Below are positions 37,727 to 51,316 of a DNA stretch of 64,000 nt, piece after piece. The notes under the pieces are model-generated. The model saw nothing but the letters and a program-made list of their open reading frames with translations, was not told the DNA's origin and searched no databases. This DNA is from Chiloscyllium plagiosum (taxonomy: Eukaryota): contig NC_057718.1 in the NCBI RefSeq assembly GCF_004010195.1, positions 73,779,931-73,843,930 of the forward strand, given 5' to 3'. The position numbers and the translations under genes were made by a program. Positions within the stretch are counted from its first letter, which is position 1; each line of letters starts with the position of its first letter.

Positions 37727-40229
37727 AGTTACAGAAGATCACAGCGCTCCGGTCCACATTGAACTCCATGCTCACACGAACAGTTAAGAAGGAGCTTGCA
37801 TTTGCAGAACAAAGGCTGTTTGAGCATGGAGACAAACCGGGCAAGTACTTAGTGTATCTTGCCAGGAAAAGGAGTGCTCCTTAAGCCATCACCTCGATCA
37901 GGGAAGGTACTGGAAAATTAACTCATGATTCTAAAAGGATTAACGTGGCATTTTAGAAATTTTACTCCAAACTATACCAATCTGAAAGTTGTGAGGATGG
38001 GTGGGCTAGGATGGAGTCTTTTTTCAAGAATTTGGAACTCCTGGGTTTGACCCCTGAACAAGAGACTCTCCTTAATGTCCCATCGTCAGTGCAAGAAGTG
38101 AAGGAGGCTGAGTCACCTCCAGGATGGAAAGGTGCCTGGTCCCAATGGACTTCCCAGGGAATTTTTTAAGGAATTTATAAACATACTGTCAGGACCGATG
38201 CTTAGTATGTTCAATGATTTACACAGTCATGGCCTCCTCCCGCCATCTTTAAGGGAGGCAAACATCTCTCTCATCCTTAAAAAAGGGAAGGCCCCAGAGG
38301 AGTCTGCTTCCTATAGACCATTTCACTCCTGAATGTCAATTTCAAAATCCTACGTAAGACTCTTGCACAAACACTAGAAACTGTGTTGCCCTCCATCATT
38401 AAGGAGGATCAGACGGGTTTTATAAATAGTTGCAGATCATCTAATCATGTCAGAAGGTTGCTTAATATGATCCAAATTTGTCAAAAACAATCAGTACACG
38501 GATTAGTGATCTCTCTAGATGCAGAGAAGGCGTTTGATCAGGTCGAATGTCCATACTTTTTTTTATATACTTTAAAGCGGTTTGGCTTGGGTGAGGTCTT
38601 TATCAGATAGGTAAGGTTCTTTATGATGACCCTCTGGCTGCAGTTCTCACTAATGATGTACTGTCAAGCAATTTTAATATCCTTAGGGGCAGTCGACAGG
38701 GCTATTCCTTATCACTATTGCTTTTCACATTGGTGATTGAACCACTGGCAGAGGCTATATGTAGGGATCCTAATATATCTGCTCCAGAAGTGGGGACAAA
38801 GTCACATAAGATTGCATTGTATGCAGATCTTTTTATCAAAGCCAACAGTTTCGGTGCCTCATCTGATACAATGCATTAACTTGTTTGGCAGTTTCTCAGG
38901 TTACAAGATCAACTTTACGAAATCAGAGACCATGCCCATGGGTGGCCTTCTGAAAATGCCTAGCCCTGAAGGTGAATCGCGATTCCACTTTAAATGGTCA
39001 CAGGAGGGTTTTCTTCACTTAGGTATATTCATTACTCCCTGTCTTTGATCGGCTATTTAAAATCAATTTTGTCCATTTATTCAACAGAATTAACCAAGAC
39101 CTTCGAAGATGGGATGCACTTCCGATCTCCTGGCTAGGTTGGATAGCCTTCATTAAAATGAACATTCTCACCCGCCTGCTATACCCTTTATGAATGCTTC
39201 CTTTGATCTTTACTAAGCAACATTTAGGAGACTGAACGGTTGGTTCAGTTCTTTCATCTGGTATTGCAAGCGACCCCTTATTAAACTAGCTAAATTACAG
39301 CTACCCCACAGATTGGGAGGAGTGGACCTCTCGGATATTAGAAACTATCAATTAAGCTTGTTATCTTACTTGGATGACTGGGCCAAGGGGACCCTCACTC
39401 ACTAAAGTTAGACATCAAAGTTTTTCAGGCAAGATGCCCCCTTACCAGCTTACCATTCTTGGACAAAATGAGGACAATTAAGGAATACTGCCCAATAGTT
39501 ATTAATACTGTTAAAGCATGGCAATGCACAGAGTGAGGACAACACTGCCAAAACATCATTTTTTTTACATCCATAGTTGGTCTGCTGGGCTTTCAGCCGG
39601 GGATGATGAACTCAGGGTTTAAACTATGGACAGCTATGAGAGAAGGAGCTGGATGTTGAGATCTCCTCTGAAATGTGGGGGGTTATCTGGGAAAATGCAA
39701 GAAGGATCTCAATTTGCAATAGGACCCATGCCTTGCAATTGAAGATTCTCCACAGGGTCCACTTAGCTCCAGACCATCTCTCAAAATTTAAAGTGAGAGT
39801 ATCCCCTATATGTCCCAAGTGCAAAATAAGTGCGCTCACTCGTTGTCTCTGGTCCTGCCACAGGCTCCAGACATACTGGAGTGTTGCGGTCGGTGAAATA
39901 GAGAGGGTCTTGGCGACAGAGGTGGGGATGGACCTGGTATCTCTTCTTCTTGGCCTAGTTAATCTACTTCCTTTAGACATGCACAAAAAAAAGCTTTTCA
40001 GTATCCTTACCTTTTGTGCGAGAAAGAACATTCTGTTAGGGTGGGTGTCTGAAAACTCCCCCGGGGATTGTCGGGCTGGTGTAAGCTAGTCATGGAACAC
40101 ATACTTTGGATTTTCTTACAAGTTTGGTGCACCATAAAACTGAGAATTTTTATAAGACACAGCAATCCTTTTTGGACTACTTGGGTACAGATTTGTCTGC
40201 CATACTAATAAGGGCCTTTACATAGCCAT

Positions 40230-40980
40230 TGTTGGGGAGATTTCACTGGGGTGTTTAATGTAGGGCTAGGGAGGGTGACACTTCCAGCCCTGAAATGGTT
40301 AACAACAGCCAAGCGAGCTGCTGCAGGCGACTGCATGACTGCTGGAGCTTGTAAGGGATATGCATAATGTTAATTAAATCTTGGAGCCTGTAAATACCAG
40401 CCAGTATCAATTGCCCCATCGAAACTCGGGATTAATAAAGAAACCGATCGGAATCTGTAACTGTTAGACAAGTGTGAATTGCTCTATCGGAACCTGTAAC
40501 TATTGAGTGTGAATGGCTCTATTTAAGTCTAAAGTTGATAAGTGTAATTGACAATTTAGTTAAACTGAAACTATTGAAAATGGCTAGCCTGTCAGACGCA
40601 TAGTAATTCCTTGAAACAATGAACTATTGAATACGGGATCAGAACCGCTCCGGGGATGGCTGAGCCATTGTCAAGCACAGCAGGAGCTGGACAGGCACTT
40701 TGATGCGGCCAATAGGAGGACGGATCCCCAGCGCGCGCAGATGAATGGACCAACGGGGAAGGCGAACTGACCGGGGACTCCAGGCAGCGCGAAGTATAAT
40801 TGTGTCAAGTTTGAACGGGAAGACAGAACGCCTTCTCCAATGAATGCATGCTTGTAGATTCGTTGTACCAGTTAAGATTCTGTGAATAAACTGCTGTCTG
40901 CGTCTAACCATAGTTGCCAGTGTGAGTCTCTCCTTCCGAAAGAACACGCAAAGACGGGACCCCGCGGGTCCGTCTTAACA
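40230..40980 (+). mobile_element. Solo LTR
   Basis: TGTT...AACA ends, perfect 5-bp TSD gccat, TATA-like element at about 40795, AATAAA at about 40886, CpG-rich. Confidence 0.9.
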
Positions 40981-42692
40981 GCCATGATGATTCAGTTTAA
41001 TGAATCTGGCATCCATACAGAAAGAATTACAAACACGTGAATATGTATGCTCTTGATGGTCTAGGACTAATACTCTGTTTTGCTGAGCTGTATTACATTT
41101 ATAATTATTTATGATTATTATTATCGTCATGAGTTATTAGTTAGTTGTTAGTTATTATTTGTTTATGTAAATAGTGGTTTTCTTTGTACTGTTTTGAATT
41201 GTTTTTTGTATTTGTTGTAATATACAATAAATCATCCTTTTTTTGATATAAATACATACAAAAAAGAACGAGATGATTGTAAAACACAAAGGGCTATTCG
41301 CCCGGCATAAACATAACTGTGAGTGTATCCCGGGAGAAGTGATAATCGAGGGGCCAGACCTGTATCCACAATAATAATAGGGTTTCCCCAGACTGGCAGA
41401 GGGGGAGGTGGCCAAGATGATTGACAGTTTGTTATAGCAAGGAGTGCTGCAACCTGTTGCCTCCACTAATAATGCTCCGATTTGGCCAGTCAGGAAGCCA
41501 GATGGTTCATGGCATTTAACCATCGATTATCGGGAACTTAATAAAGTCACCCCCTCCATCATTGCACCAACAGTAGCCACCAGCCCTGTCACAATAATGA
41601 AGCAAGCCCCGCAATTAGTTGATAGTACTTCATAGTACTTGATATCAGGAATGGTTTCTGGTCCATGCCCTTGAATCGGTCCTATCAGTACAAATTTGCA
41701 CTTACCTTCTAGGAACAGCTTCCTAGATGAATTACCCAACATTTTACACGTGCTAGGTTGTAAAATAAATCGGAAAAAGGCACAAATTCTACAGCCAAGG
41801 GTTACGCACTTGGGAATGATAGTCACCCACGGGAAAAGAGAGATAGACCAAAAGGAACATAGATTCCATAGTGCAGCTCCCAATTCCCTGAGGTGTTAGT
41901 GCATTCTGATTTTTCCTAGGTCAGTGGGATACTGCAGGAACCAGATCGATGAGTTTGCTACCACGGGAGCCCCACTCTCAGAGATGCTGAAAAATACCAC
42001 CACCTGGAATTGGACATCCCAACATACAAAGGCAGTAACTGATTTAAAACACCCTTGTAACAACACCTGCCTCATTAGTTCACAACCCTGACTTACCATA
42101 CATCCTAGAAGTTGCAGACCAGATGATCATTGCTGTTCCACTGCAAGAGCGGCAGGGTAGGCCAGGCGCAGTGGCCTATGTCTCCAGGGTAGGAGCAAGG
42201 GTTTCTATGTGCAAGCGACACCACCTCGCAATCTTTTGGGCAGTCCAGTATTTCGACTGCATAATTGGTTTAAACCCACTGACGAAATTAACTGAGCACA
42301 GCCCAGTCCAGCTCCTGCTGAACAGCTGAATCAAAGATGGCTCAATGAGCCAGTTCAAGCTGCACAATGGACTCTACCACTTTAAGGTCAGGACATCACA
42401 GTCAGATGGACCAAGTGCCCACCTACCAAGCCGATAACCTAAATTATGGGGAAGAAACACAAGACTGCCAAATCATAGCCATGAAACACGCCCTTTTATA
42501 CCAAAGCAACATGAGAGACTGTTACGGACAAGACAAAAGGATAGGCAGGTAGAAACTGTAGTCAAAATCAATGTAGATGGCTCCTTCAAGGTGGAGGACG
42601 GCAGTCAGATCACCAGCTGTGGGAAATATATGACAGACACACAGAGACAACCACAAATTGAACTCGTTTTAAAATTACCCGGCTATCTAAAT

Positions 42693-42790
42693 TGAAACTT
42701 TATTGCTGGAATAGCACAGCAGGTCAGGCAGCATCCAGGGAACAGGAGATTCGACGTTTCGGGCACAGGCCCTTCTTCAGGAATGAGCAG
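42693..42790 (-). mobile_element. Short Penelope pLTR-like insertion with minimal hammerhead motif
   Basis: Minus strand attc-CTGAAGA-a-gggc-ctgt-gccc-GAAAC-GTC-gaat; 9-bp TSD tatctaaat. Confidence 0.85.
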
Positions 42791-44360
42791 TATCTAAATG
42801 CCCATGCTGTCGAACTAGCAGCTGTAGCTTAATGAAGTCAGCCACCCCGATCTGTTCCCTTCACCCGCAGATATGTACTTTGATAGCATATATATGTGCA
42901 ACAGCCTCACTGAAGTTTTACCATTATGGGAAGCTAGAGGTTTTATTTCTGCCAATGGGAAACCCCTATTATCAGTCTCCTTATTAAAGTATGTACTACA
43001 GGCCGTCAACGGAAGGAAATATGGCATAATTAATGTTAGGAGCCACCAGAAAACATCCTCAGAAAGTAACCACAGAGCAGATGAGTTAGCTAAGCAAGGT
43101 GCTCGTGTAGGGGAATTCTGGCAGCCACCCACAAGAGAGCAGCCAAATACAGTGCTTGTGAGCCAAACGAACATACAGGGCCTTAGACAAACACAACACT
43201 AATAATTCCTGAAACAGATTTTGGAAGAGTGCTTATGATAAATGGAAAGGTTCCTTACAGGTACAGGATGGATTAGTTTTAAAGGCAGGGGTTTATGTAC
43301 TTCCAATTCAAGACAGAAATCTGATCATATGTCAATACCATGACGGGCATGGGCACCAGGGAATTGAGGCCACTGCCGAACGATTGAAAGAACTGTGTTG
43401 GTGGCCCAAGTTACATAGAGAATTGTAATCCAGATGGGTATGCTCAAAAGGGAGAACTGAGGCACATCCATCCAGTGGAAGTGCCCTGGATAATTGATTA
43501 CATAGGTTCCCTTCCACCATGTAGAAACAGATTTACCTATATTCTACTCATCATAGATACATTCACAAAATGGGTTGAGGCTTTTCCTATTAGGATAAAT
43601 ACAGCCAAAACAACCGCAAAAATCCTAACACAATAGGTATTTACAAGATGGAACCTACCCCGCAGTATCGAGTTAGATCAGGGAATCCATTTCACCGGCC
43701 AAGTCATGCAAAACGTGATGACTATGCTTGGCATTAAGCAGACATTCCACATTGCACACCACCTCCATTCTAGTAGGATTGTGGAAAGGATGAACTGCAC
43801 CCTAAAAGGAATGATTAGGAAGATGGTGCAGCAGAACAATAAAACCTGGGACACAGTACTTCCCGTTTGTCCTTATAATGGTATGGAACATCCATCTCCC
43901 GGTCCACAGGGTATACCCACATTCCCTAATAACAGGCCAATCCATGAAAGCGGTCAATTGCCCATTCGGTCTCAACCTCACAGAACCTGTCCTTACTCAT
44001 GAAAAAGCGGAGCAGCAGCTCAACGAAAATATCAAGGCTACTAAGTTATCAGCAGCTGTCAGATTAAGGACCGAAAGGAAATTAAGTAAGGCTTACTTCA
44101 ACAGTAAAAGCAACCTTATCGAATACCCTATAGGACAGCAGGTGATGCAACAAATATACAACTCTAGTTCCTTTCTCTCCCCTATATATTCAGATCCCCA
44201 CACGCTGTGGTGAATAAGGTGAGCCCCTCAGAATACAAGATTCTACTAGCCACAGGAAAGACAGGCTGGTACCATATAAACCAATTAAAAGCCTATGGCA
44301 CTCAACATAGCAACTTTCACCACCTTGAGATATGCATGGTGGATGACACTAGCCTAGAGG

Positions 44361-45163
44361 TGTTATGGACCAGGCCAGACCCTCTCAAAATATTTTAAGA
44401 AGGTAGCCCAGACCCTATCTTTTTCTTATTTTGAAGGCAGATGTGAAGTGGATACTCCAGGTATGATGCAGCTGGTCAAAGCACTCGGCTATAAGCAAAC
44501 CAGCATTAATTTAAACACAATAGTTGAAACATGAACGAAAGAAAGCGGAATTTAAAATAGCTTAACTATTGGAAAACTTAGCCAACTTGATACAGCAATT
44601 TAACTAAGGAGCTGTTCCAACTCTTGTAACATAAATACATGAGGAGAAAGTGAGGTCTGCAGATGCTGGAGATCAAAGTTGAAACTTTATTGCTGGAACA
44701 GCACAGCGGGTCAGGCAGCATCCAGGGAACAGGAGATTCGACGTTTCGGGCACAGGCCCTTCTTCAGGATTCCTGAAGAAGGGCCTGTGCCCGAAACGTC
44801 GAATCTCCTGTTCCCTGGATGCTGCCTGACCCGCTGTGCTGTTCCAGCAATAAAGTTTCAACTAACATAAATACATCCCTTGGCAAATGGTAAATTCAAA
44901 CTCAGGTTCTTACAGGCAGGAGAGATTTCAGAGAGAAAATCAACCAGGGATCATCTGCTGGAACACTGTAGCAGTTTCTGCTTCAGTTACCAGCAGCTTC
45001 TCTGCTACAAATAAACCAAACTAGAAAAAAAAACCTGAACTGGGAGAACTGGTTACTCCCCTGTCACTGTTAAAGTAGATATTTCAGCACCTCTGCCTTT
45101 ACAACCTCTCTTGAAAAAAGCCCAAGGACAAAATAACCTTTTTAAAGTGACAGCATCGTTACA
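44361..45163 (-). mobile_element. Solo LTR between ERV pol and env
   Basis: tgtta...ttaca ends; unrelated to the flanking ERV frames; no clear TSD; orientation tentative. Confidence 0.6.
44641..44863. mobile_element. Palindromic Penelope pLTR-like insertion with a hammerhead motif on each strand
   Basis: Perfect 93-bp inverted arms 44677-44769 and 44771-44863; TSD taacataaatacat (44627-44640 and 44863-44876). Confidence 0.9.
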
Positions 45164-45566
45164 CAAATTACAAGACCAAGGTTAGCCCAGATACCAAGGT
45201 CACCCCTCGACACATGCTCTCAGTCAGACTGCACCCATGACAAAATTTATGCTCTCCCATTACTACCACCAACTGCACCTTCAACACCAAGGGTCCCCCC
45301 AGATGATGTAATTGATGTAAAGGACTTTATCTCTCTAACAGATTGGAACAACTTGCTAGTGACTGATAGCATTGATGTGTTACACACTCCCAACAGTCTA
45401 GACACAATAGAACTCCCCAATAACTCCCTGATAGACAATGAAATCAAAAGACCCCATATACTTATAACTCAGACCTCAAACAGTGTATCCACAACATGGG
45501 TATGAGGCAATATTAGGAAACTAGTGTGGACAAAGGTAAGACAGACTGAACTGGATCGTGGGATAG

Positions 45567-46980
45567 TGTAGAAATGGATTAAAAATAGCTACAAGACTGT
45601 GAGAGCTAAACTCTACAACACTCAACATAATTCAACAAAATGTGTTCCAGCAAAACAATCGGTCTTTATTAACAAGGAAACTGCATGCAGAGCGGCTGAA
45701 CTTGGAAAACAAGAGAGTTGATCACAACTCTGAGTCTCTCACAAGTTCGCGCTTACAGAGAGAAAAGCATAAGTATTTATACTTAAAACTTATCAATAGC
45801 TATCAACAACTATCATTAGAGGTTAGTCATCCATTAGGCCAATACATTGAATTATGATCTGTGTTATTACTTCAGACGTTTATCAATATTGACCTCCTAA
45901 AACCTGGTGCCACATATGTCATCTCATAATCTTGTCCTTTTTGGGGGCTCAAAGGATTTTGTGGAATGTCTTTAATGGAATGGCTTACTCAATATCTCCA
46001 AATTTATAGGGAGTCAGTCAGATCACGTTCTGCCAAGGTCAACCAAGGTTAAAGAATTTATGTGGATTCAGCTTACTTCAAGTCCTGCTGAGTTTAGCAA
46101 TGCTTCGACCTTTGTTATAGTCTTAACTGTGTCAGGCAGCTCTGGGATCATACAGAGGTCAGTCGAAGTGTATGTTACAATCAGGGTTTGGCCAGTTTTC
46201 CCATCATGCAACTACTTGTTTCACACAATTCCACATTCCCTCCTTTTGTCATATCATGATAGGTATATCAACAATGCAATTGAAAATACATTGGCACAAG
46301 CAACAAGCAATCCTATTCCTACTAGCAATAGTAATCAGTAAAATGGCCTTAAGGATCCAATCAAACATTCTGTGACCAACCAGCCCAACAACCCGGCGGG
46401 TTAAATTTTCAGCATTCAGAGCATTATCACTATGGGAAAGGCAGAACACAAACATGGGGACCTGGAGGATACAATACTGCTAGGCCCACGGAGACAGAGG
46501 ATTCAGGATAAATTGATGTGTCTCCTAAATCATTAATCAGATGATGAAATGGTTCTTGATGGCCACCCAAGGTGAGGTGTAACTGTTTCTGATGATTTGC
46601 ACTCACTCATATGCAATTCACACTTCTCTCTAGGTCCAGTAGGACCAACTCATATTCTTTGAAGTTTTGTTAGGATTTACCAAGTTAGCATAGTCATGTA
46701 CAGATCAAAGATCAGTTGTGTTCAGTTCAGACAATTGCCTGTTCCAGACGTCACTTCTACTCTTTACAGCTACTTTCCTACAGTTGCCATCCAACCTTGT
46801 TTCCCAGCGTAGTACAATTTCTATGTTCAGATGTGCCTCATTTTATTGCTAATTCTTGGTCAAAGCAACCACTTCATAGTACCAAACGAAAATTTTTAGG
46901 GTCCACATTGACTGTCTCATTCCAGCCTTTTCTGACTACTCCACAGCCAGGCCATTTAAACCTACACATTTGACAAACCC
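45567..46980 (-). mobile_element. Possible 3' LTR plus internal remnant of a second LTR element
   Basis: Minus-strand AATAAA at about 45665, purine run at about 45930-45942 before an LTR-like start, hydrophobic Cys-rich frame FDWILKAILLITIA...CCLCQC; boundaries uncertain. Confidence 0.4.
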
Positions 46981-47499
46981 CTACCACTAGGAAACAAGGC
47001 CATAACCACTAGAAACCAATGTTGGAACTTACCAGGCATCTACACCCGAATTAAAATTACATATGGGGTTCCATTCCTATAGAAAAAACAATGGGGAAGG
47101 ATTAGGATGTATGCATTACACATGTTCTAAATTATTCAGATATTAGACAAGAATAACAACAGAAATATCTCTCCCCACAACAGCTATGACACATAATCAC
47201 GATCTGCTTCATCAAGATCATCATCATCGCGAGAAACAACACACAAGAAACACCTGACAGACCAGGTTGTATATGCCCAGAATAATTATGGTCTGTCCCA
47301 CCAGAAGCAGGCTGATGTGAGGATGGTGTGTTGTGGGTTCAGCCCAATAAAAGTATCATGTTCAGAATCAACAACCAACAGGCAATTAATAATAAAACAA
47401 ATGGGAACTCAGGTGATTGCTACCCGAGCATAAAAATCACAGGTGATTAGTGGGGATTCTCAACCAATGAGATAGGATGTTTAGCAAGCAGCCTGGAAA

Positions 47500-50330
47500 A
47501 AGGATTGGAACTCGAATAGCAATGCCCTGGGAAGCTCAGAGGGGAAGTTTGTTTGGAACAAGATTAAAAAAGGCCCAACACCAGCCACAGAGGCACCCCA
47601 AACTGTTTGTCCTGAAGCCACACCCAGTTCACAAAACGGGCTACTTTTGAAACCTATTGGAAAACTTCCATGTGATATTATCCACCACAAATTGGTGCGT
47701 GTTGTCGAATTTAGCAGGAACCCAACTGCGAAATGGTGGTGCTGCCCCCAACGTAAAAGACTATACCTCCATTTGACCCATAGATTATTGGGACGGGAAA
47801 TAGGGACAGACAAAGGGAAGGCTAAACCCAGAACAGGGAAGCGACATTAAAGGGAAATACTGACTGACTTCATCTCAGCATATGGGGCAGGGTTATCAAA
47901 CATTAACCTGATTTTTCCATCCTGACCCAACAAGTGAATCAGGCTTTGGACACAATTAATGAAAATAGTTGGTAGGATGCCGAAGAGGAACTAGTTGGGA
48001 ATAAAGCCAGTAGTCTTGTGGTAGCTGTGTTAGAAGGATATGCCAAAACAATTGATTGAGATTTTTGAAAAAGTAACGAAGAGGATTGATGAGGGCAGAG
48101 CAGTAGATTTGATCTATATGGACTGAAGTAAAGCGTTCGACAAGGTTCTCCATGGGAGACTGATTAGCAAGGTTAGATCTCACGGAATACAGGGAGAACT
48201 AGCCATTTGGATACAGAACTGGCTCAAAGGTAGAAGACAGAGGATGATGGTGGAGGGTTGTTTTTCAGACTGGAGGTCTGTGACCAGTGGAGTGCCACGA
48301 TGATCGGTGCTGGGTCCTCTACTTTTTGTCATTTACATAAATGATTTGGATGTGAGAATAAGAGGTACAGTTAGTACGTTTGCAGATGACACCCAAATTG
48401 CAGGTGTAGTGGACAGCGAAGAGGGTTACCTCAGATTACAACAGGATCTTGACCAGCTGGTCCAATGGGCTGAGAAGTGGCAGATGGAGTTTAATTCAGA
48501 TAAATGCGAGGTGCTGCATTTTGGGAAAGCAAATCTTAGCAGGACTTATACACTTAATGGTAAGGTCCTAGGGAGTGTTGCTGAACAAAGAGACCTTGGA
48601 GTGCAGGTTCATAGCTCCTTGAACGTGGAGTCACAGGTAGATAGGATAGTGAATAAGGCATTTGGTATGCTTTCCTTTATTGGTCAGAGTATTGAGTACA
48701 GGAGTTGGGAGGTCACCTTGCAGCTGTACAGGACATTGGTTAGGCCATTGTTGGAATATTGCAATAGATCTCCTTCCTATCGGAATGATGTTGTGAAACT
48801 TGAAAGGGTTCAGAAAGGATTTACAAGGATGTTGCCAGGGTTGGAGGATTTGAGCTATAAGGAGAGGCTGAACAGGCTGGGGCTGTTTTCCCTGAAGCAT
48901 CGGAGGCTGAGGGGTGACCTTATAGAGGTTTACAAAATTATGAGCGGCACGTATAGGGTAAATAGGCAAAGTCTTTTTCCTGGAGTCGGGGAGTCCAGAA
49001 CTAGAGGGCATAGGTTTAGGGTGAGAGGGGAAAGATATAAAAGAGACCTAAGGGGCAACTTTTTCATGCAGAGGGTGGTACGTGTATGGAATGAGCTGCC
49101 AGAGGAAGTGGTGGAAGCTGGTACAATTGCAACATTTAAGAAGCATTTGGATGGGTATATGAATGGGAAGGGTTTGGAGGGATATGGGTCAGGTGCTGGC
49201 AGATGGGACTAGATTGGGTTGGGATATCTGGTCGACATGGATGGGTCTGTTTCCATGCTGTACATCTCTATGACTCTATGACTCTAATTAACCAGATAAT
49301 AAAAGGGAAATTGGAAGATGACAGCAGACAACAGAACCAGACCCTGTGCATAAGTGGATAATGGACAGTAGAGTAGTTGAGAGAAAACCTCATTCAGGTT
49401 AGCCAGGGACAGGTGACGAACAGATAGAGCATTTATTTAGGGGAAAGAAACATCCCAAATTATCAGGCTGCCAACTGAAGCAACTGACCAGTTCAATGAC
49501 AACTGCAAAGGATCTCCTGGGAAAGCACTAGGGATGGAATTAGGATTCCCAGTAATCACGGATGATAGAATTGGACTAAGGTGTTCGAGGTAGAAAACAT
49601 AGGCACTATCCAGGAAGGCCTATGGATAGGATATGATGGTATCTTACTGTACACAGTGGAGAAGGAAGGGAGGCTCTTAGGCACTACTCTGGATGGATGT
49701 CAATAAGTTAACACAGTAATAACATGCCCATACCCAATTTATCTGAATGAGCATGCACTGAGTAGCTTCAAGACACACACCAGTCTAAACTGTCCCACGG
49801 AGGCTTGCAAACAGGACACCGACAAAACCTGGGTTGCCTAGAGGGGAGAAGGGAATATTGCCTCACAATCTCACTTAACACATATCAGTATGGGACAGCA
49901 CAGTGCAATGTCACCGACATCACCTTCTGTATTAGGCCTAACTCAGCTGATAAACATACACAAAAGGGAAAAGGTGGCATTTAATACAAGTGAGGAACTC
50001 CAGCAAACTCTGGGGAATACCTGGAGAAGTGCAACACTGGTCTTAAACTCCTGTTGGAGGAGTTACACCAAATTTGAACCTGATTGGCCAAAGCCCAAAA
50101 CAGCTTTCACCAAGGTCATACAGCAGGCCAACGATGCCAAAGAACGAATAAAAGAAATTACAGTTCCAACTTGTTGGGAGCATTTCTGGGGATGGGGCTC
50201 CAACATACAAATCCATCCCTGAGTCCATCTTGTGTCACACCTGTCTGTGTTGTTAATCCTGGTTATCCTGGTATGCATCACCATCCTCACTGTCAAATTC
50301 ACCTGGTGGAAAAGAGAGCTATCATGAAGA
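47500..50330 (+). pseudogene. ERV envelope pseudogene with F-protein-like layout, split by a CR1
   Basis: R-H-stop-R followed by EILTDFISAYGAGLSNIN at 47842-47907; Cys-rich region about 49730-49935; C-terminal TM LVSHLSVLLILVILVCITILTV at about 50229-50294. Confidence 0.7.
48062..49285 (+). mobile_element. 5'-truncated CR1 LINE with a 301-aa open RT C-terminus
   Basis: ORF 48307-49212 LGPLLFVIYINDLD...FADDT; (gactctat)n tail; stops upstream. Confidence 0.95.
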
Positions 50331-51165
50331 CTGAACACAGAGGCCTCACTCAATTCATGTTCTCAACGAGACTATTAAAAAGACACCTTTTGTAAATATT
50401 TGTTTATCCTGTTTGTACAAAATGTTTCTCCAGATCATTTGTACCTGACAACCCTTGTTTAGTCACTGTCTGTATATATAACAGTGGTTTTGTAACATTT
50501 CTCTGATTTCACTACAAATCACAATATGTTATTTATTTCTAATTTACAATGCTTGCTTAATTAGCCATTAAATCCAAATTTTAATATTTCCTTTATGTAG
50601 AGTTTAATGAAGTTTGTTTGATCTTAGTTAGAGGTTGTTTTCCAATATGCTATCTATAAGAGTTTAGTTGTTTGAATGTATGTTGTACTTTGCTTGAGCT
50701 TGGATGGTCATATAGTCACCACACAGAAATTGGTCTGTGATCATGTGATCTATCACGCATTGCATTCAGGATCAGGAGGAGGGACTATGGCCGGATGGGC
50801 TGCTCAAAATGGCAGACCCTATGAAAAACCAAATAATACCTAAAGCTGGGAAATCAAGCCATGCATCAGCCAAAGGTATCTGTGCTACAGACACTGAAAT
50901 AAACAAGTTACAGACCCATACAGGCTGCAGCTGCAGACAGCACAATACAGAATACAATTGACCCAGCCCATTCCCAGGACAGTCGGAAATATTGAGTTGT
51001 TTTCCAGAACAAAAGGGCGCTTCTTACCCTTATCTGGGGTTGGCTACCTGACCTACCTGCCCCAACACCTTCAGGAATGGAGGCCCAAGGACCACCCCAC
51101 CACCACACATGATTAGGCTTGTTCGATCAGGATGATCAAGCCCTGATTAATCCATTGTTAGGAAT

Positions 51166-51316
51166 TAGATTACATTACAGTGTGGAAACAGGCCCTTTGG
51201 CCCAACAAGTCCACACCAACCCGCCGAGAGCGTAACCCACCCATACCCCTACATTTACCCCTTACCTGACACTACGGGCAATTTAGCATGGCCAATTCAC
51301 CTGACCTGCACATCTT
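51166..51316 (-). mobile_element. Truncated HE1 SINE in the ERV 3' LTR
   Basis: Absent from the 5' LTR; TSD ggaat. Confidence 0.85.

Larger units (their letters stand above)
34538..41246 (+). mobile_element. Near full-length decayed L1-clade LINE in ERV pol
   Basis: 5' caagatggcggc; ORF1 (IERAYW...IFFQDFS); APE TWNIKG...LLQETHL at about 36690-36795; RT (KEDQTGFI...SLDAEKAFD); Cys-rich C-terminus (ICPKCK...CLWSC); A-rich 3' end. Confidence 0.9.

Noticed and set aside
44673..44870. Near-identical ORFs on both strands
   Set aside because: Direct consequence of the DNA palindrome; no ATG start.
48307..49212. 301-aa ORF as a cellular gene
   Set aside because: It is the 3' part of CR1 ORF2, 5'-truncated, with upstream stops and no ATG start.
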